From Octopus bimaculoides (taxonomy: Eukaryota): DNA of 33,084 nt. Shown here piece after piece: positions 1 through 12,634 of the stretch. The position numbers and the translations under genes are program-made. Position 1 is the first letter of the stretch, and each line of letters starts with the position of its first letter. The notes beneath the pieces were generated by a model that saw nothing but the letters and a program-made list of their open reading frames with translations, had not been told where the DNA came from and did not search any database. The stretch spans positions 76,532,890-76,565,973 of the forward strand of contig NC_068986.1 in assembly GCF_001194135.2 (NCBI RefSeq), in the 5' to 3' direction.

Positions 1-169
1 ATGTCAAGGTTCAGTATACTCACTTGCCCCCAAGTATGATATTGATTGTTGCTGTTGGAAAGTCCTATTCAGACTTCTGTTGAGAAGACAATAGCCCTGG
101 AGTAATCAAAACTGACCACATCCCATACATTAACTGGAGACTGGCTGAGTTCCTTTCAAAGCCTTTGGC

Positions 170-449
170 ATTATGTTGTGCTTGAGAAGAAAACCCATCA
201 AGCTGAGCAGAATCGCAGTTGTAGCAGATACTGGTATCATGCAAATGGCACCCATGCCAGTGGCACATAAAAGCACCTGTTACATTCTTAGAGTGGTTGG
301 CGTTAGGAAAGGCATCCAGCTGTAGAAAACCATACCAAATCAGACTGGAGCCTGGTGCAGCCTTCCAACGTGCCAGCCCAGTCAAATCATCCAACCCATG
401 CCAGCATGGATAACAGATGTTAAATGATGATGATGATGATGATGATGAT
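170..449 (+). mobile_element. SINE family A (RTE-like 3' end, (GAT)n tail), 5'-truncated
   Basis: GTTGGCGTTAGGAAAGGCATCCAGCTGTAGAAA...CCAACCCATGCCAGCATGG...TTAAATGATGATGAT; same motifs at 1285, 7729(-), 11670, 30640. Confidence 0.85.
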
Positions 450-1284
450 ATCTACAACTATATTAACCAATGAGTCCTTCCCTTTTTAAGATAGTATAGT
501 ATTATTATATATGGGAGATTGGGCATTTATTTCTAGCAGGTCAAGTAACTTGTTTGTAACAGAAACAGGAGTACATGGTGTGATGAAAAAAATGAAGAAA
601 GATAGAATGAATGAAATATTTCTGAGTTCAAGAACTACAATGCTGTGATTGGTGAAATCAGTGCAGTTTTGTGCAACTTTACTTAGTTCTCTTGAGACTG
701 AGACTGTTTTTGCAGTGGAGGGTTTTCTAACATTCAAATGCACTTGAATATGATGAATAGGACATTATGCAACATTATGCAAATATATTTTATTCAATGC
801 TGCTTTGTGTGACTTTAATTCTAGCTTGATCAAACTTTAAATACACCTCAAACATACCATAAACTGTTCTAAGAATTAATTCATTCTTATCAAGCTTTTT
901 TGAACGCTAGATTTAGTGTTAGAAGTTGATGAAGAGAAAGTATGCAGAAATGCATGCATCCTTACTATCCATTGACGTCATTTACAGCCCATTATGCGTT
1001 TTTATACATGTGCAGTAGGTGAATTTTCTCCCAGCACCATTTCCACAGTGGAAGATCTTCTCACATCTGTAAACACTTGAGCGTGATAAATCCGACTTTA
1101 CAGGAATATATATTATTACATGAATATATATTATTTAATGCTGTTTTGTGTGCTTTGTGTTTGTTATTGATGATGTGAAAGAACGCAGGAATGCATGTGG
1201 CCTACAATCCAGTGGCATCATTCACAGCTCAGAATGTGTTTTTACACATTTCTAGGAATAGAATTTTCTACTGCCTGAAGAGGA

Positions 1285-1516
1285 TTGGCCTGCAAGAGTC
1301 CTGTGCTGGTACTACATAAAAGTGCTCATGCCACTGCCATGTTAAAACCACACGTTATAAAGTGGCTGGTGTTAGGAAGGGTATCCAGCTGTAGAAACTA
1401 AGCCAAATCATACTGGAACCTGGTGCAGCTCTTCAGCTTGCCAGCTCTGATCAAACCATCCAACCCATGCCAGCATGGAAAACAGACGTTAAAGGATGAT
1501 GTTTATGATGATGATG
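1285..1516 (+). mobile_element. SINE family A copy
   Basis: AGGAAGGGTATCCAGCTGTAGAAAC, CCATGCCAGCATGG stem-loop, GAT tail. Confidence 0.85.
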
Positions 1517-2154
1517 GTCTTCTCATGTTAGATTGCACTTATATGTGATAATGAGGATATTTGATTTAACTCTTCTTTGTATGACTATTTATTCAAAGCT
1601 GATAATGTTCATTTTGATCCACTACAAGTTGATGACTGTAGAAAATAACATGGGCAGGGAGGGAAGTACAGAGGGAGGATGATCTGGGAAAGAAGGATTG
1701 GATCAGTGAGTCATGTAGATTCTGGAGTAGGGAAGGAACAAATACAATATGAGTAGCAAGAGGAGGAGGAGAAGAGATGAGTCCGTTTTAACAGTCTTAG
1801 TCAGTGATTCTTAAACTGAGTGGTAACATAAGTCCCTTGGAGGCATTGTAAGCTCAGCAGATGTCAAGGAGGCATTGTGGTTGGTGAGTGGGGGTAAGTA
1901 CTATATATTGAGAGAGTTTTATTTTTCTAGAAATAAAATATACAAACCAGATACAGTACTTATATTTTAAATACATTTAAAAAAACCCCCCAAAAAACTG
2001 GGATTAAAATATGAGTAGGACATTGTATTTCCTCTTAGAGCAGAATCATGACTAATGATGTGCCAAGGTCCAATATAATATGATTATATAAGTCCTTGTG
2101 TTCTTTAGTAATGTCCACAAGAATTTAACTTATGGGCACTAATTCTCACAAATA

Positions 2155-4488
2155 CAATAGAACCTTGCAGTACGAGTGCACCTTTGACTGAGTAATTTGC
2201 TGCATGCACCGAGGCTTGTGCAAATTTTTGTCTTGAAGTACGAGCAGAAATCTGCCAACAAACACAGCCTCTGCTCGCTCACTTCATGTGTTTATCTCAT
2301 TGTGGCAGCATCCCTGTTGTGTTTTTCCCAATGTTTTTGTGTAGTTTTGTCCATTTTTTGTTATTATTTTATAATAATTAGTTGTGTTAGCCATGGGTCT
2401 TAAGAAGGTTAGTGCAAAGGACAGTGATGAGAAGAAGAAAAAACTGATTATGATAGAATTGAAGAAGGAAATTATTGATAAGCATAAGAGAGATGTGTAA
2501 TGGACATTGCATGTCAATATGGCTGAAACATCGATGATCTGCACCATCCTGAAGAAAATGGATGAGATCAAGGTTGTTACAACAGCCAAAGGTTGTCTCC
2601 AGGCTCTCTAAGCAATGCACATCTGTCCACGAAAGGATGGAAAAATTACATCTCTTGTGGATCAATGAGCAGCAACTCACAGGGGATATGATTACGGAGA
2701 CCATCATCTGCAAGAAAGAACAAGTGCTGTATGGGGATCTCCTGAATCCTGGAACATCGATGGAGGAGACATTAGCAGATGTGTTTAAGGCCAGTCGGGG
2801 CTGGTTTGATAATTTCAAGAAGAGGACTGGTGTTCATAGCGTTGTCAGATATGTAGAAGTGGTGAGTTCTGACTGGAAGGCAGCTGAAAATTTCATGTGT
2901 GAATTCCATCAGCTTATCACAGCCGGGGGATACATCACTCAACAGGTATTCAACTGTAATGAAACTGGCCTTTTTGGTAAAAAAATTCCCAGAAGAAGCT
3001 ACATAACTTCAGAGGAGAAGATGCTAGGCCACAAACTTATGAAAAGCTAACTCTCGCCCTGTGTGCCAATGCGAGTGGAAACTTGCAGATTAAGTCACTC
3101 CTTGTCTACCATTCCAAAAACCCATGAGTGTTGAAGTCACACAAAATCCTGAAGGAGAAGCTGCAGGTCATATAGAGGGAAAAAAGTTAAGGTCTGGGTC
3201 ACCAGACAATTCTTCTCCAAGCAGGTCAACCTTGCCTTTGGACCAGCAGTGAAAAAGTACCTTTTGGAGAACAGTCTTCCTCTCAAGGCCCTTCTCATCC
3301 TTGACAATGCTCCTGCTCACCCTCCTAATTTCGAAAATGATATCTTGAACCAATTTAAATTCATAAAATTCTGTACCTTCCACAAAATACCACCCCTATC
3401 TTGTAGCCCATGGACCAACAGATTATTTCTAATTTTATGAAATTGTACACCAAGCACCTATTTTGTCGGTGCTTTGAAGTCACTGAAAATGCAAATCTGA
3501 CCTTTCGTGAGTTTTGGAAGGAGAACTACATTGTAAACTGCCTGAAAAATCATTAATATGGCCTGACAGAGTGTAATGAGGAAAATACTGAATTCTGCAT
3601 GAAGGAAACTGTGGCCTGACAGCATATCTGAAAGATACTTCAAAAGGTTTGAGCCTGAGACACCTGTAGTTGAAGAGATAATATCTCTTAGCAAGTTCAT
3701 GGGCCTTGAGGTTGATGATGGGGATATTAACGATCCCATCAAGGCACACTCAGAGGAACTGACAACAGATGAACTCCTGTAGCTTCAGGAGCAGCAGCAT
3801 TCTGACGTGGTGGAAGAGATTGGTTCCCTGGAGGAGAACAGTGTAATGGAGAATACTATCTCTACGAGTGACATAAAGGCAGTGTTGGCAAAGTGGCAGT
3901 ATCTTTTTGAATTTGTAGGAAAAAAAATCACCTAGAAAAAGTATCTACAGGTCGTGCAGCTGCTTTATTTAATGACTCTGCTCTAACGCATTTTCATAAC
4001 ATTTTCAAAGGCAAGAAAAAAAACAGACTTTTCTTGATATGTTTCTAATGAAACGACCTGCAAGTGTAGAAAGTGAAGAAAGTGTGTCCAAAAAGCCTAA
4101 ATTTAGGAAAGTGAGAGAGAAAACGCCAGAAATTGTTCTTCCTGAAGTCTTAATGGAAGGAGATTCTCCTTCCAAACAGTAATCCTCCTCCTCCTTGCTC
4201 TATCATCTTCCTCGTGTACAAATCGTCCCATCTTTAAGGTGCTTCAGTTAATAAAACCAGTTTACATATTTCTTTTGCATTCTCTTTTGATAATTGTCAT
4301 TTTACTTGTAACTCCACCTTTTCTGTTTTAAAACCCATAGAAAATTATTTTTGGGTAGATTTGGGGGCTGGAATGGATTAATTATATTTTAGTTAATTTC
4401 AATGGAGAAAATTGATTTGTAAAATGAGTAAATTGTAAAATGAACTTGGTCATGGAACAAATTAAACTCGTACTGCGAAGTATCACTG
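2155..4488 (+). mobile_element. Tigger/pogo-like (Tc1/mariner superfamily) DNA transposon, full length (2334 bp), decayed
   Basis: Imperfect 23-bp TIRs 2155-2177 (CAATAGAACCTTGCAGTACGAGT) and 4466-4488 (reverse complement CAGTGATACTTCGCAGTACGAGT); TA on the left, TG on the right; encloses a transposase relic. Confidence 0.9.
2393..4182 (+). pseudogene. Tigger/pogo transposase pseudogene (CENP-B-type HTH + DDE_1), many frameshifts and stops
   Basis: MGLKKVSAKDSDEKKKK start; FKASRGWFDNFKKR; VFNCNETGLF (first catalytic D reads N); LLILDNAPAHP; C-terminus VLMEGDSPSKQ*. Confidence 0.92.
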
Positions 4489-4782
4489 TGCCTATTAAAA
4501 TAATCTGTTGTTTACCTTTTTTTTTTTGTTCAAAACACATGAAGGATGCATTTGTAAACTGCTATTTGGTGAAGGGAGATGCTAAGCTACAAAACCCTGA
4601 GAATCACAAGATTAGGTGGAGGGAGCACAAGACCAGCTAGGTCCAAGGAGAAGACACTGCTATATTGTAATAGTAGTAGGAAAGGCAGCACATCTGTGGA
4701 GCAGATTTTGGAATGTGTTGGTTAAGTAGTCCGATGCTATTTAGTCAGGTGGCCTTGTTTTTGGATGTGGTCCAGAATATAT

Positions 4783-5010
4783 CATCATTATTTTAATGTC
4801 CATTTTTCCATGGTTGCATAGAGTAGATTGAATTCTTTGTGGCAGATTTTCTACAGCTGGTTGTTCTTTCTGTCATCAGTCCTCACCAGTTTCCAATCAA
4901 GGTAATATTAACCCATGGCTAGACATATTTTTGTGGAACATTGGATTGAAGGACATAACTTGCTTAATGGTGATACTTGTTTACAACTATCACATGATGT
5001 CAAGACAAGA
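4783..5010 (-). mobile_element. SINE A-related element (variant body), diverged
   Basis: Reverse-strand CATCATTATTTTAATGTCCATTTTTCCATGG and TTTCTACAGCTGG match family A motifs. Confidence 0.55.
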
Positions 5011-5022
5011 AGACAGTAACAT

Positions 5023-5023
<1 letters not shown>

Positions 5024-5056
<33 letters not shown>

Positions 5057-5063
5057 GCACGCA

Positions 5064-5120
<57 letters not shown>
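5024..5120. repeat. (CA)n microsatellite with CG interruptions
   Basis: Direct reading. Confidence 0.98.
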
Positions 5121-5124
5121 AGAA

Positions 5125-5570
5125 GCATAGGCATGGTTTGGTGGTAAGAAGTTTGCTTTCCAACCACATGGTTCTTGGTTCATCCCACTGCATGACACCT
5201 TGGGCAAGTGCCTTCTACTATAGCCTTGGCAGGATGAAAAGCACAGCTGACTTCAGCAGGATTTGAACTCAGAGTTCATGGATAGTTAATGTTTGGTAGA
5301 CAGAAATTGAAAGAAGCCTGTTGTGCATGTATATATATATATATACATGTATACGTGTCTTTATTTGTCCTCTACCAATGCTAGACAACCAGTATTGATG
5401 TATTTACATCCCCATAACTTGGCAGTTCATCAAAAGAAATTGATAGAATAATTACCAAGCTTAAAAAAAGTAAGTACTGGATACAATTCGTTCGACTAAT
5501 ATTCTTCAAGGCTGTAGTGCTGTGGCATGGCTACAGACTAATGACTGAAGCAAGTAAAAGATAAAAGATA
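5125..5570 (+). mobile_element. tRNA-derived SINE family B, near full length
   Basis: CCACATGGTTC...CCCACTG...CCTTGGGCAAGTG...GAAATTGAAAGAAGCC, internal TA/TG tract, tail GACTGAAGCAAGTAAAAGATAAAAGATA. Confidence 0.85.
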
Positions 5571-5712
5571 CGATGGGGTTCTTTTCAGTTTCCATCTTCT
5601 ACCATAGCGTTGGGAATCTGTAGTGGAAGACATTTGCCTAAAGTGTCACACAGTGGGACTGAACTGGAAACCATATGCTTGGGAAGTAAACTTCTGATGA
5701 CGCTGCCATGTC
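5571..5712 (-). mobile_element. SINE family B 5' half
   Basis: Reverse complement of family B head (CAGTGGGACTGAAC, TTTCAGTTTCCATC). Confidence 0.75.
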
Positions 5713-5783
5713 ACATTTACACAATTATATCTGGTCTAGAATATATATGTTAGTCAATATGTGGAATGAATCATTTGATGATG

Positions 5784-5823
<40 letters not shown>

Positions 5824-6510
5824 AAACAATAAAGATGACAAAGATTATGTAACCTACCATTTATATTTGGAATAGAATAAAAATAATAATTAATGAAACA
5901 CAAGGAAAATAAATACAAATAAATTTTGAATAAACATAACTTTCACCCCGGATAGAAATGTAGGTTCATGATGATTAAAATGATAAATGTGGCCAGATGT
6001 TAGTTATTTAAGGTTTGTATATATTAACAGTAGAATCTTAGAAGTATTAATATAACTTTATGCTCACTCATGTTGTTTAATAGTACTATGTCAGCAGGAC
6101 ATATACTAACAATGAACTTTATAGTCATTGTTGTAAAATTATAAATACTGTATAATAAATATGACCCAAGAAATATGACCCAGAAAATATGACCGACAAT
6201 TTCAGCTGTGGTGTTGGGTGTGTTATTGCATATATTTTCTGGTTTTAGTCATACAAGGTGCAACCCTGCTGGAATGTCGATCTCTAAGAGCATTTTTTGT
6301 TTATTATTACCTCAATCTCTATATTTGGCCTGGTAATTATTTTATCCATCTCTGTTCATTGGGTAGCTTAGTCCACTTTGGCATAAAGGAATAAAACTCT
6401 CCGCTTAAATGCCACAAGGTATTTTTATTTGCTACACTGTTATACATATGCATGCCCGCACCCCCTTCCTCCCACACATTACATTGAATGAAGCAAAAAT
6501 TAAACTGTAG

Positions 6511-6810
6511 AATAGGTGTGTGGTTAAGAAATTCACCTTGCAGTCACATGGTTTTGGATTCATTTGCACTGCACACCACCTCGGGCAACTGTCTTCTGCT
6601 AGAGGTCCTTGCTGGCTAATGCCTTATGAATGTATTTGTAGACGGAAACAGTATGGAAACCAGTCATATATATAATGTGTGTGTGTGTATGTATGTATGT
6701 ATTTGTATTTGTCCTCCCTCCACCACTTGACATCAGTGTTGATTTAGTTATATCCTCATAACTTAGTGATTTGTCAAAAGAGACCGATAGAATAAATATC
6801 AGACTTAAAA
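6511..6810 (+). mobile_element. SINE family B, diverged
   Basis: CACATGGTTTTGGATTCA...TCGGGCAAC...GTAGACGGAAAC...AGACCGATAGAATAAATA. Confidence 0.8.
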
Positions 6811-6821
6811 GATAGTTTGTA

Positions 6822-7210
6822 TTGTTGTTGTTGGCACTCCGTTGCTTATGATGTTGAGGGTTCCAGTTGACCCAATCAACGGAACAGCCTGCTCGTGAAA
6901 TTAACGTGCAAGTGGCTGAACACTCCACAGACACGTGTACTCTTAACATAGTTCTCAGGGATATTCAGCGTGACACAGTGTGACAAGGCTGACCCTTTGA
7001 AGTACAGGCACAACAGAAACAGAAAGTAAGAGTGAGAGAAAGTTGTGGTGAAAGAGTACAGCAGGGTTCGCTACCATCCCCTGCCGGAGCCTCATGGAGC
7101 TTGAGGTGTTCTCGCTCAATAAACACTCACAACGCCCGGTCTGGAATCGAAACCGTGATTCTATGACTGCGAGTCTGCTGCCCTAACCACTGGGCCATTG
7201 CGCCTCCACA
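6822..7210 (-). mobile_element. tRNA-derived SINE family D with (CAA)n tail
   Basis: Minus strand starts TGTGGAGGCGCAATGGCCCAGTGGTTAGGG (A box) ... GGTTTCGATTCC (B box); ends GCCAACAACAACAA. Confidence 0.85.
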
Positions 7211-7233
7211 TAAAAAAAATTTTTTTAAAAATA

Positions 7234-7282
7234 NNNNNNNNNNNNNNNNNNNNNNNNNNNNNNNNNNNNNNNNNNNNNNNNN
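7234..7282. other. Assembly gap
   Basis: N run; its two flanks overlap in sequence. Confidence 0.99.
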
Positions 7283-7728
7283 TAACCACTGGGCCATTGC
7301 GCCTCCACATAAAAAATTTTTTTTTTTAAATAGAATAAAGGTTAAATAACAAAAATCTAAACCCCAAATTGACTAATATATTGGTATTAGAAACAGAAAT
7401 TCACTTACTTGAGCCTCCTTCATAGAATTTAAATTTTATTTGATTCTTTTACAGTGCAAAAAAAAAACAAAAAAACCCCCCAAAAAACAGCCCGTCAAAT
7501 AGGAAATTTTAGTGCATTGTATTACATTTGAAGTTTCGTTGTTGTTATATTTTTACTGATTTTGACTCCATGACTCCAAATCTAACTTCAGGGCTCTGAT
7601 CAAAGTTAAAACTTTATAAGAATTCCAATTTTCAACTTAAAACTTCAGTACTGTATGGCAGAGTGTTCAATAAACACAGTCACAGCTTTATTCAGAGTTA
7701 TATATCTCTTATCAATAATATTGGGTTC

Positions 7729-8124
7729 ATCATCATAATCATCATCATTTAACGTCTGTTTTCCATGCTGGCATGGGTTGGACGGTTTGCCTAAAAACTG
7801 GTAAGCTGAGGAACTGCACCAAGGTTTCAATCTGAATTGGCCTGGTTTCTACAGCTGGATGCCCTTCCTAATGCCAGCTATGTCAAGAGTTTAGTGGGTG
7901 CTTTTTATGTGCCACTGGGACAGGTGCCAGTTACAAAACACCAGCATCAGCCATGACTATGATCTCATTTGGCTTGATAGGTCTTCTTAAGCCCAGTATA
8001 TCGCCAAAGGTCTCAGTCACTTGTCACTGCCTCTGTGAGGCCCAAAGTTCAAAGGGTGATTTTTACGTGCCACATGGCTATGATTTCACTTGGCTTGATG
8101 GGTCTTCTCAAGCACAGCATATTG
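7729..8124 (-). mobile_element. SINE family A copy
   Basis: CATCATCATTTAACGTC...TTCCATGCTGGCATGGGTTGG...CTACAGCTGGATGCCCTTCCTAATGCC. Confidence 0.85.
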
Positions 8125-9208
8125 TTTATTTTTTACCATTTATTTTAGTGCTACTAGGTGAAGGTGACAGGCAATGATATCATGAGAGCATCCCAGCTAC
8201 TAGTCCAATTCCCTTGTGGGTTGGCATGGATCCTCATGGATGAGCTCATTTGATTTTCATTGAACTAAGTTGGCTGGAATGTGGAGAGTTTGTGAGGTAG
8301 ACTTTTAAAATTTCCCCTCCTTGAAACATGAAAACTGTTTTTGTGCAGTTCATTTAGAAATATGACCTCTGTACATGACACAAATGTCTCAAGTGGCTTT
8401 GGTAGTTTTGGAACCTTTGATTGAAAGCTAAGAGAAGCAGGTGTTGATAATGCTCATTTTTTTATACTTTGCACTCCATTGTTATATATTTGAGAAGTAA
8501 AACTTAATTCAAGTTTCAAACACGATAAACAGAAGTTGTAGAGAAAGATTAGAGCTACAAAAATAATTTTTTGTGCTAATTTAAAAAAAATTAGACAGAA
8601 ATGAATAAATTTATCCAAACCCAATACATTAAGAAATGCATTCTTTAGCAAGGTGTCTATAAGAGTGCTCAATAAATTAATTTTTAGAGGAAACTTGAAG
8701 TTGTACTTTTTATGAAGATTGCAAGTTTGTAGAAAAACAATGTGTCCTGGTGATATCTAAGGTAATGATGCAAATAGACAAATAAAACGACTTGGACTAG
8801 ATATACAAAATATACATACATTTAAATAGAGAGAAACAAAGACCAAAATTATTCAGATGATGAACATTCCTGGATAAATATATGGATATTTATATTTTAA
8901 CAGAACAGATTTACTCAGAGTACAATGTCACAGAAAACTAAGGGGAGAAGGTATGGTATTACAGGTCTGACAGCTGTTTCTGGGGGCTCAGAATTACATA
9001 ATAATGTTGGCAGATGTAGTTCACAAAAAGTCAAGAATATACAACCAATAGTGGATGCATATAAATACTACAGTAAATCTGACCTCAGTCTTCAGGGTAG
9101 AGAGACTGGAATCTGGATTAAGGCCACTCTTTATCCTGCAGACTAAGTTCTCATTAATGATTCTGGAGTGTAAATTCAAATCATTTGAACACTACTAAGT
9201 GTTTTCTA

Positions 9209-9333
9209 CAGGGTGTCCACAAAGTTTGGGTACATGGGGATTAACACATACTTAACACATAATTATTATTTCTTATATCTAATTATGTTATGATTTTATT
9301 TACTCCATGTACCCAGGCTTTGTGGCCACCCTG
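9209..9333. mobile_element. Tc1/mariner-type MITE, 125 bp
   Basis: ~30-bp TIRs CAGGGTGTCCACAAAGTTTGGGTACATGG versus reverse complement CAGGGTGGCCACAAAGCCTGGGTACATGG; TA on both sides (9207-9208, 9334-9335). Confidence 0.9.
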
Positions 9334-9358
9334 TATAATGGGCACATCTGAAGCTCAT

Positions 9359-9404
9359 CTCTCTCTCTCTCTCTCTCTCATATACATACCAAGAGAGAGA
9401 GAGA

Positions 9405-9476
<72 letters not shown>
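9359..9476. repeat. Compound (CT)n-(GA)n-(CA)n microsatellite
   Basis: Direct reading. Confidence 0.97.
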
Positions 9477-9480
<4 letters not shown>

Positions 9481-9530
9481 ACAGTTTATCGACAGATATA
9501 TGACTGCATCCTTTTCCTGATCTATGGTCC

Positions 9531-9859
9531 TCTTGCTTCCCAACCACATGGTTCAGGATTCAGTCCCACTGTGTGGTACCTTCAAGTGTTTTCTTCTATA
9601 GCCCTGCGTTGACTAATATCTTCTGAGTGAATTTGGCAGATGGAAATTGAAAGAAGCCTGTAATGAATACATATCTGTTTGTGCTTGTTTGTCCCCCCTC
9701 CACTTGGCAACCAATGCTGGTATGTTTATGTCCCTGTAAGTTGGTAGTTCAACAAAGAAGACTGGTATATTAAGTACTAGATTGTAAAAACATAACTAAT
9801 GCAGTTGATTTGTTTGACTAAACTCATCAAGGCATGGATGCATTCTAATGACTGAAACA
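9531..9859 (+). mobile_element. SINE family B, diverged
   Basis: CAACCACATGGTTCAGGATTCAGTCCCACTG...GGAAATTGAAAGAAGCC...ATGACTGAAACA. Confidence 0.8.
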
Positions 9860-10369
9860 TTTATGTATTTATTGTAAATAAATGAGAAATTTGTTTAATT
9901 TTATTTTAAAGTAATAAATATTTTTCTTTTAGAAAATTAGTATTGATTTCATCATTTTGTACATGTACCAAGGAATTTGATAAAAGTTGAATTATATTGA
10001 TTGTAGGTATGCTATATTACTTATGGCAAGAAAAAAAAATTCTTGAAGTTATCTATCATATGATAGGTAATACATAGACATACGAGTGTGTGTGTATGTG
10101 TATATACATATCCTGTCCCATGCCTAGAAACGTAAAATGAATACATATGTACATATGTTCACTCACATTCACACCTTTGTTTGCCAAACACACACACACA
10201 CACTATTGTCTTGACAAATTATATCTGTCTGAAAATATTTGTATCCCAGATAAATTCTGTTGAATCTGTAGGTGTGTTAGTCTCTAATGTACACACAGAC
10301 AGTACTGGAGTTACTTTAACCTCAATCTATTGTTAACCTACAAATAAGTTTTTGTTACTGTGTATTGTA

Positions 10370-10585
10370 GGCCAGCTCTGATGACGATAACTTATTTTCA
10401 AAATCATTCCTGGTATGACCATCTTTTCTGTTTTTTTCTTTTATTCCTTTATTGACCTCAGTCAGAAGCTGATGCCATATTGGGATAGGACTACATTATT
10501 AACTGTTTCTTTTCCTTATTTAAAATGGTATAATATCATTTGAGGGAGATTTGTTTACTATTTCTAGTAGGATGAATGACTATAT
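10370..10585 (+). repeat. Unclassified old interspersed repeat (family X)
   Basis: GAGGGAGATTTG...CTATTTCTAG-type motif recurs at ~510-545, ~11230-11265, ~15310-15345(-), ~18740-18845, ~19605-19635. Confidence 0.55.
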
Positions 10586-11669
10586 TGAACCTGTGGCAAA
10601 TTCGCTGAGTGGTTATAATGTTAGACAGAATGTTTCCATGAACTTGTTCAAATCTTACCAAAGTCATCTTCGCCTTTCATCATTTCAGGGTCAAGAAAAA
10701 CTGTAAGAGTGTCAAACTCGATGACTTGTGGTATTTGCTCTGGTTCTTGCACCCTGAGTTCAAATCCTGCCATGGCTTACATGCACGGTAGACATGGCAC
10801 CTTGGGTACTTTTACCTGAGTCTACTCTGATCTAAGCATTTGGACTTGGCTTCCAGTTTGAGGATACCTTCCATCCACCATTCTGAGAGGCCTTATTAAA
10901 GGTGTTAGGCTCTATCTTTTCTATAAAAAAAAAGAAAAAAAAAAGGATTGTGTTGGTGCAAGATAGTCAGTAGTAAACTGAGCTGAGTGTTCTATGGCAT
11001 TTTTGTATGGTACTTCAGCATTTGGAGTTCTTGTTTGATTTTGCATTTCTCTCCTGGTAGAAAATATAATATATACGTGAGAGTTGTTTTGTCCAGGTAA
11101 ATACTGATTGAGTGGGACTGAACAAAGTGGTTAATGTGGACCCTGACGGGAAAAAGAGATGAGTAACTGAGCAGACTAGAACTACATTATCCAATGTGTC
11201 CTTTTCTTATTTAACATGGTAGGATGTGATTTGAGAGTGATTTAGCTACTATTTCTAGCAGGTAGATTCAGTAGCCTAATAAATGCTCTTTATTGGCATG
11301 TATAAATCCCTGTAATTTACTAAGGTTAATGAAGTTGACATTCTATTTTAGCAATAATATTGATTTTCCAAAAAAAGAAATTATTCATCCAGTGTTGGTG
11401 CAGAGGCTGATGGACACAGTAAAATTGGAAGCTAAATGGTTCTGTAAAAATAGTGGAATTGCAAATTATGTTGTATTGTAAATGCAGTAAGATGTAAACT
11501 ATATTGTACTGCAGTATTTAAATATTTAGATTTATGTAATAGGTACTTGAATTCAAGCTACACTGTCCTTTCTTACGCTGCTTAAAAATTATGTATATGT
11601 AACTGTTAATTCAGATAAGTTTTTTTCTCTCGCTGTTTTTTTCTCCCCTCTCACTGTTTTCTCTCTTCA

Positions 11670-12050
11670 AGCGAAACCGTCGATGGCACCTGTGCCCAGC
11701 ATCGCCTTCCTGGCACTTGTGCCAGATGTTACGTATAAAGACATTCGAGCGAAATCATTGCCAGTGCCGCCGAACTGGCTCCTGTGCAGGTGGCACGTAA
11801 AATACACCATTTTGAGCGTGGCCATTGCCAGTACCGCCTGACTGGCCTTCGTACCGGTGGCACGTAAAAGCACCTACTACACTCTCGGAGTGGTTGGCGT
11901 TAGGAAGGGCATCCAGCTGTAGAAACTCTGCCAAATCAGATTGGAGCCTGGTGTAGCCATCCGGTTTCACCAGTCCTCAGTCAAATCGTCCAACCCATGC
12001 TAACATGGAAAGCGGACGTTAAACGACGACGATGATGATGATGATGATGA
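11670..12050 (+). mobile_element. SINE family A, least-diverged copy (CpGs retained)
   Basis: Repeated GGTGGCACGTAAAA units, AGGAAGGGCATCCAGCTGTAGAAACTCTGCC, tail GGACGTTAAACGACGACGATGATG. Confidence 0.9.
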
Positions 12051-12380
12051 TTCCTTTCTGTAGAAGAGCATAGGCTTGAGATGTCAGACTCTTCCATTTT
12101 TTCTAAGTATCAAACTAGTTTACCTTATTTGTTGTTCCCGCATCTGTCTCTGTCTTTTTGTTTTTTGTACAATTTTAAACTGCAAGTCAATATGAGATCC
12201 CTTGACAACAATGTAAACTTCTTTTGATTAAGGTATCTTTGGCCTGATAAGTAGCTAGTGGATTACTTCTTGTTTGGATAATTATTACTTCTGAAGTTCT
12301 GCTTGCTATGAAACATATGTAGCCTGGATTTTATCTTCTCTATTCCCTAATTTTGGATATATATGTACATATATATATAT

Positions 12381-12590
12381 TATCTTTTACTTCTTTCAGT
12401 CATTAGACAGCAGCCATGCTTGGGCACCACCTTGAAAAATTTTTAGTCAAATGTATTGACTCTGGTACTTATTTTTTGAAGTCTGGTACTTTTTCTATTG
12501 GTCCCTTTCACTAAATTGCTAAGTTATGGGGATGTAAACACACCAGTACTGGTCAAGTAGTGGCAGGGGGACAAACCTAGACATAAAGAT

Positions 12591-12634
<44 letters not shown>

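Noticed and set aside
2284-2818. Minus-strand ORFs of 101-143 aa (also 3168-3749)
   Set aside because: These are antisense shadows of the Tigger transposase.
4908-5266. ORFs with HTHT/CVCV runs (also 9290-9549, 23270-23826, 31897-32079, 32871-33068)
   Set aside because: These are translations of (CA)n/(TG)n microsatellites.
7130-7210. tRNA-like sequence (also 32801-32870)
   Set aside because: A and B boxes are present, but there is no proper acceptor stem and the sequence continues into a SINE body; these are SINE heads, not tRNA genes.
7184-7330. Apparent ~45-bp direct repeat either side of the first gap
   Set aside because: The flanks are the same sequence differing only in A/T homopolymer length; most likely an assembly overlap.
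8630-8680. RNAFFSKVSIRVLNKL, faintly like a CR1 ORF2 C-terminus
   Set aside because: Too short and degenerate, with no supporting upstream RT motifs.
8903-8950. Possible small + strand exon (TTTTAACAG|...GAGAAG|GTATGG)
   Set aside because: Signals of this quality occur by chance in AT-rich DNA and the peptide is unrecognisable.
10378-10410. CTGATGA core suggesting another hammerhead (also at ~5695 and ~14245)
   Set aside because: No stem II followed by GAAA; the sequence lies in other repeats or unique DNA.
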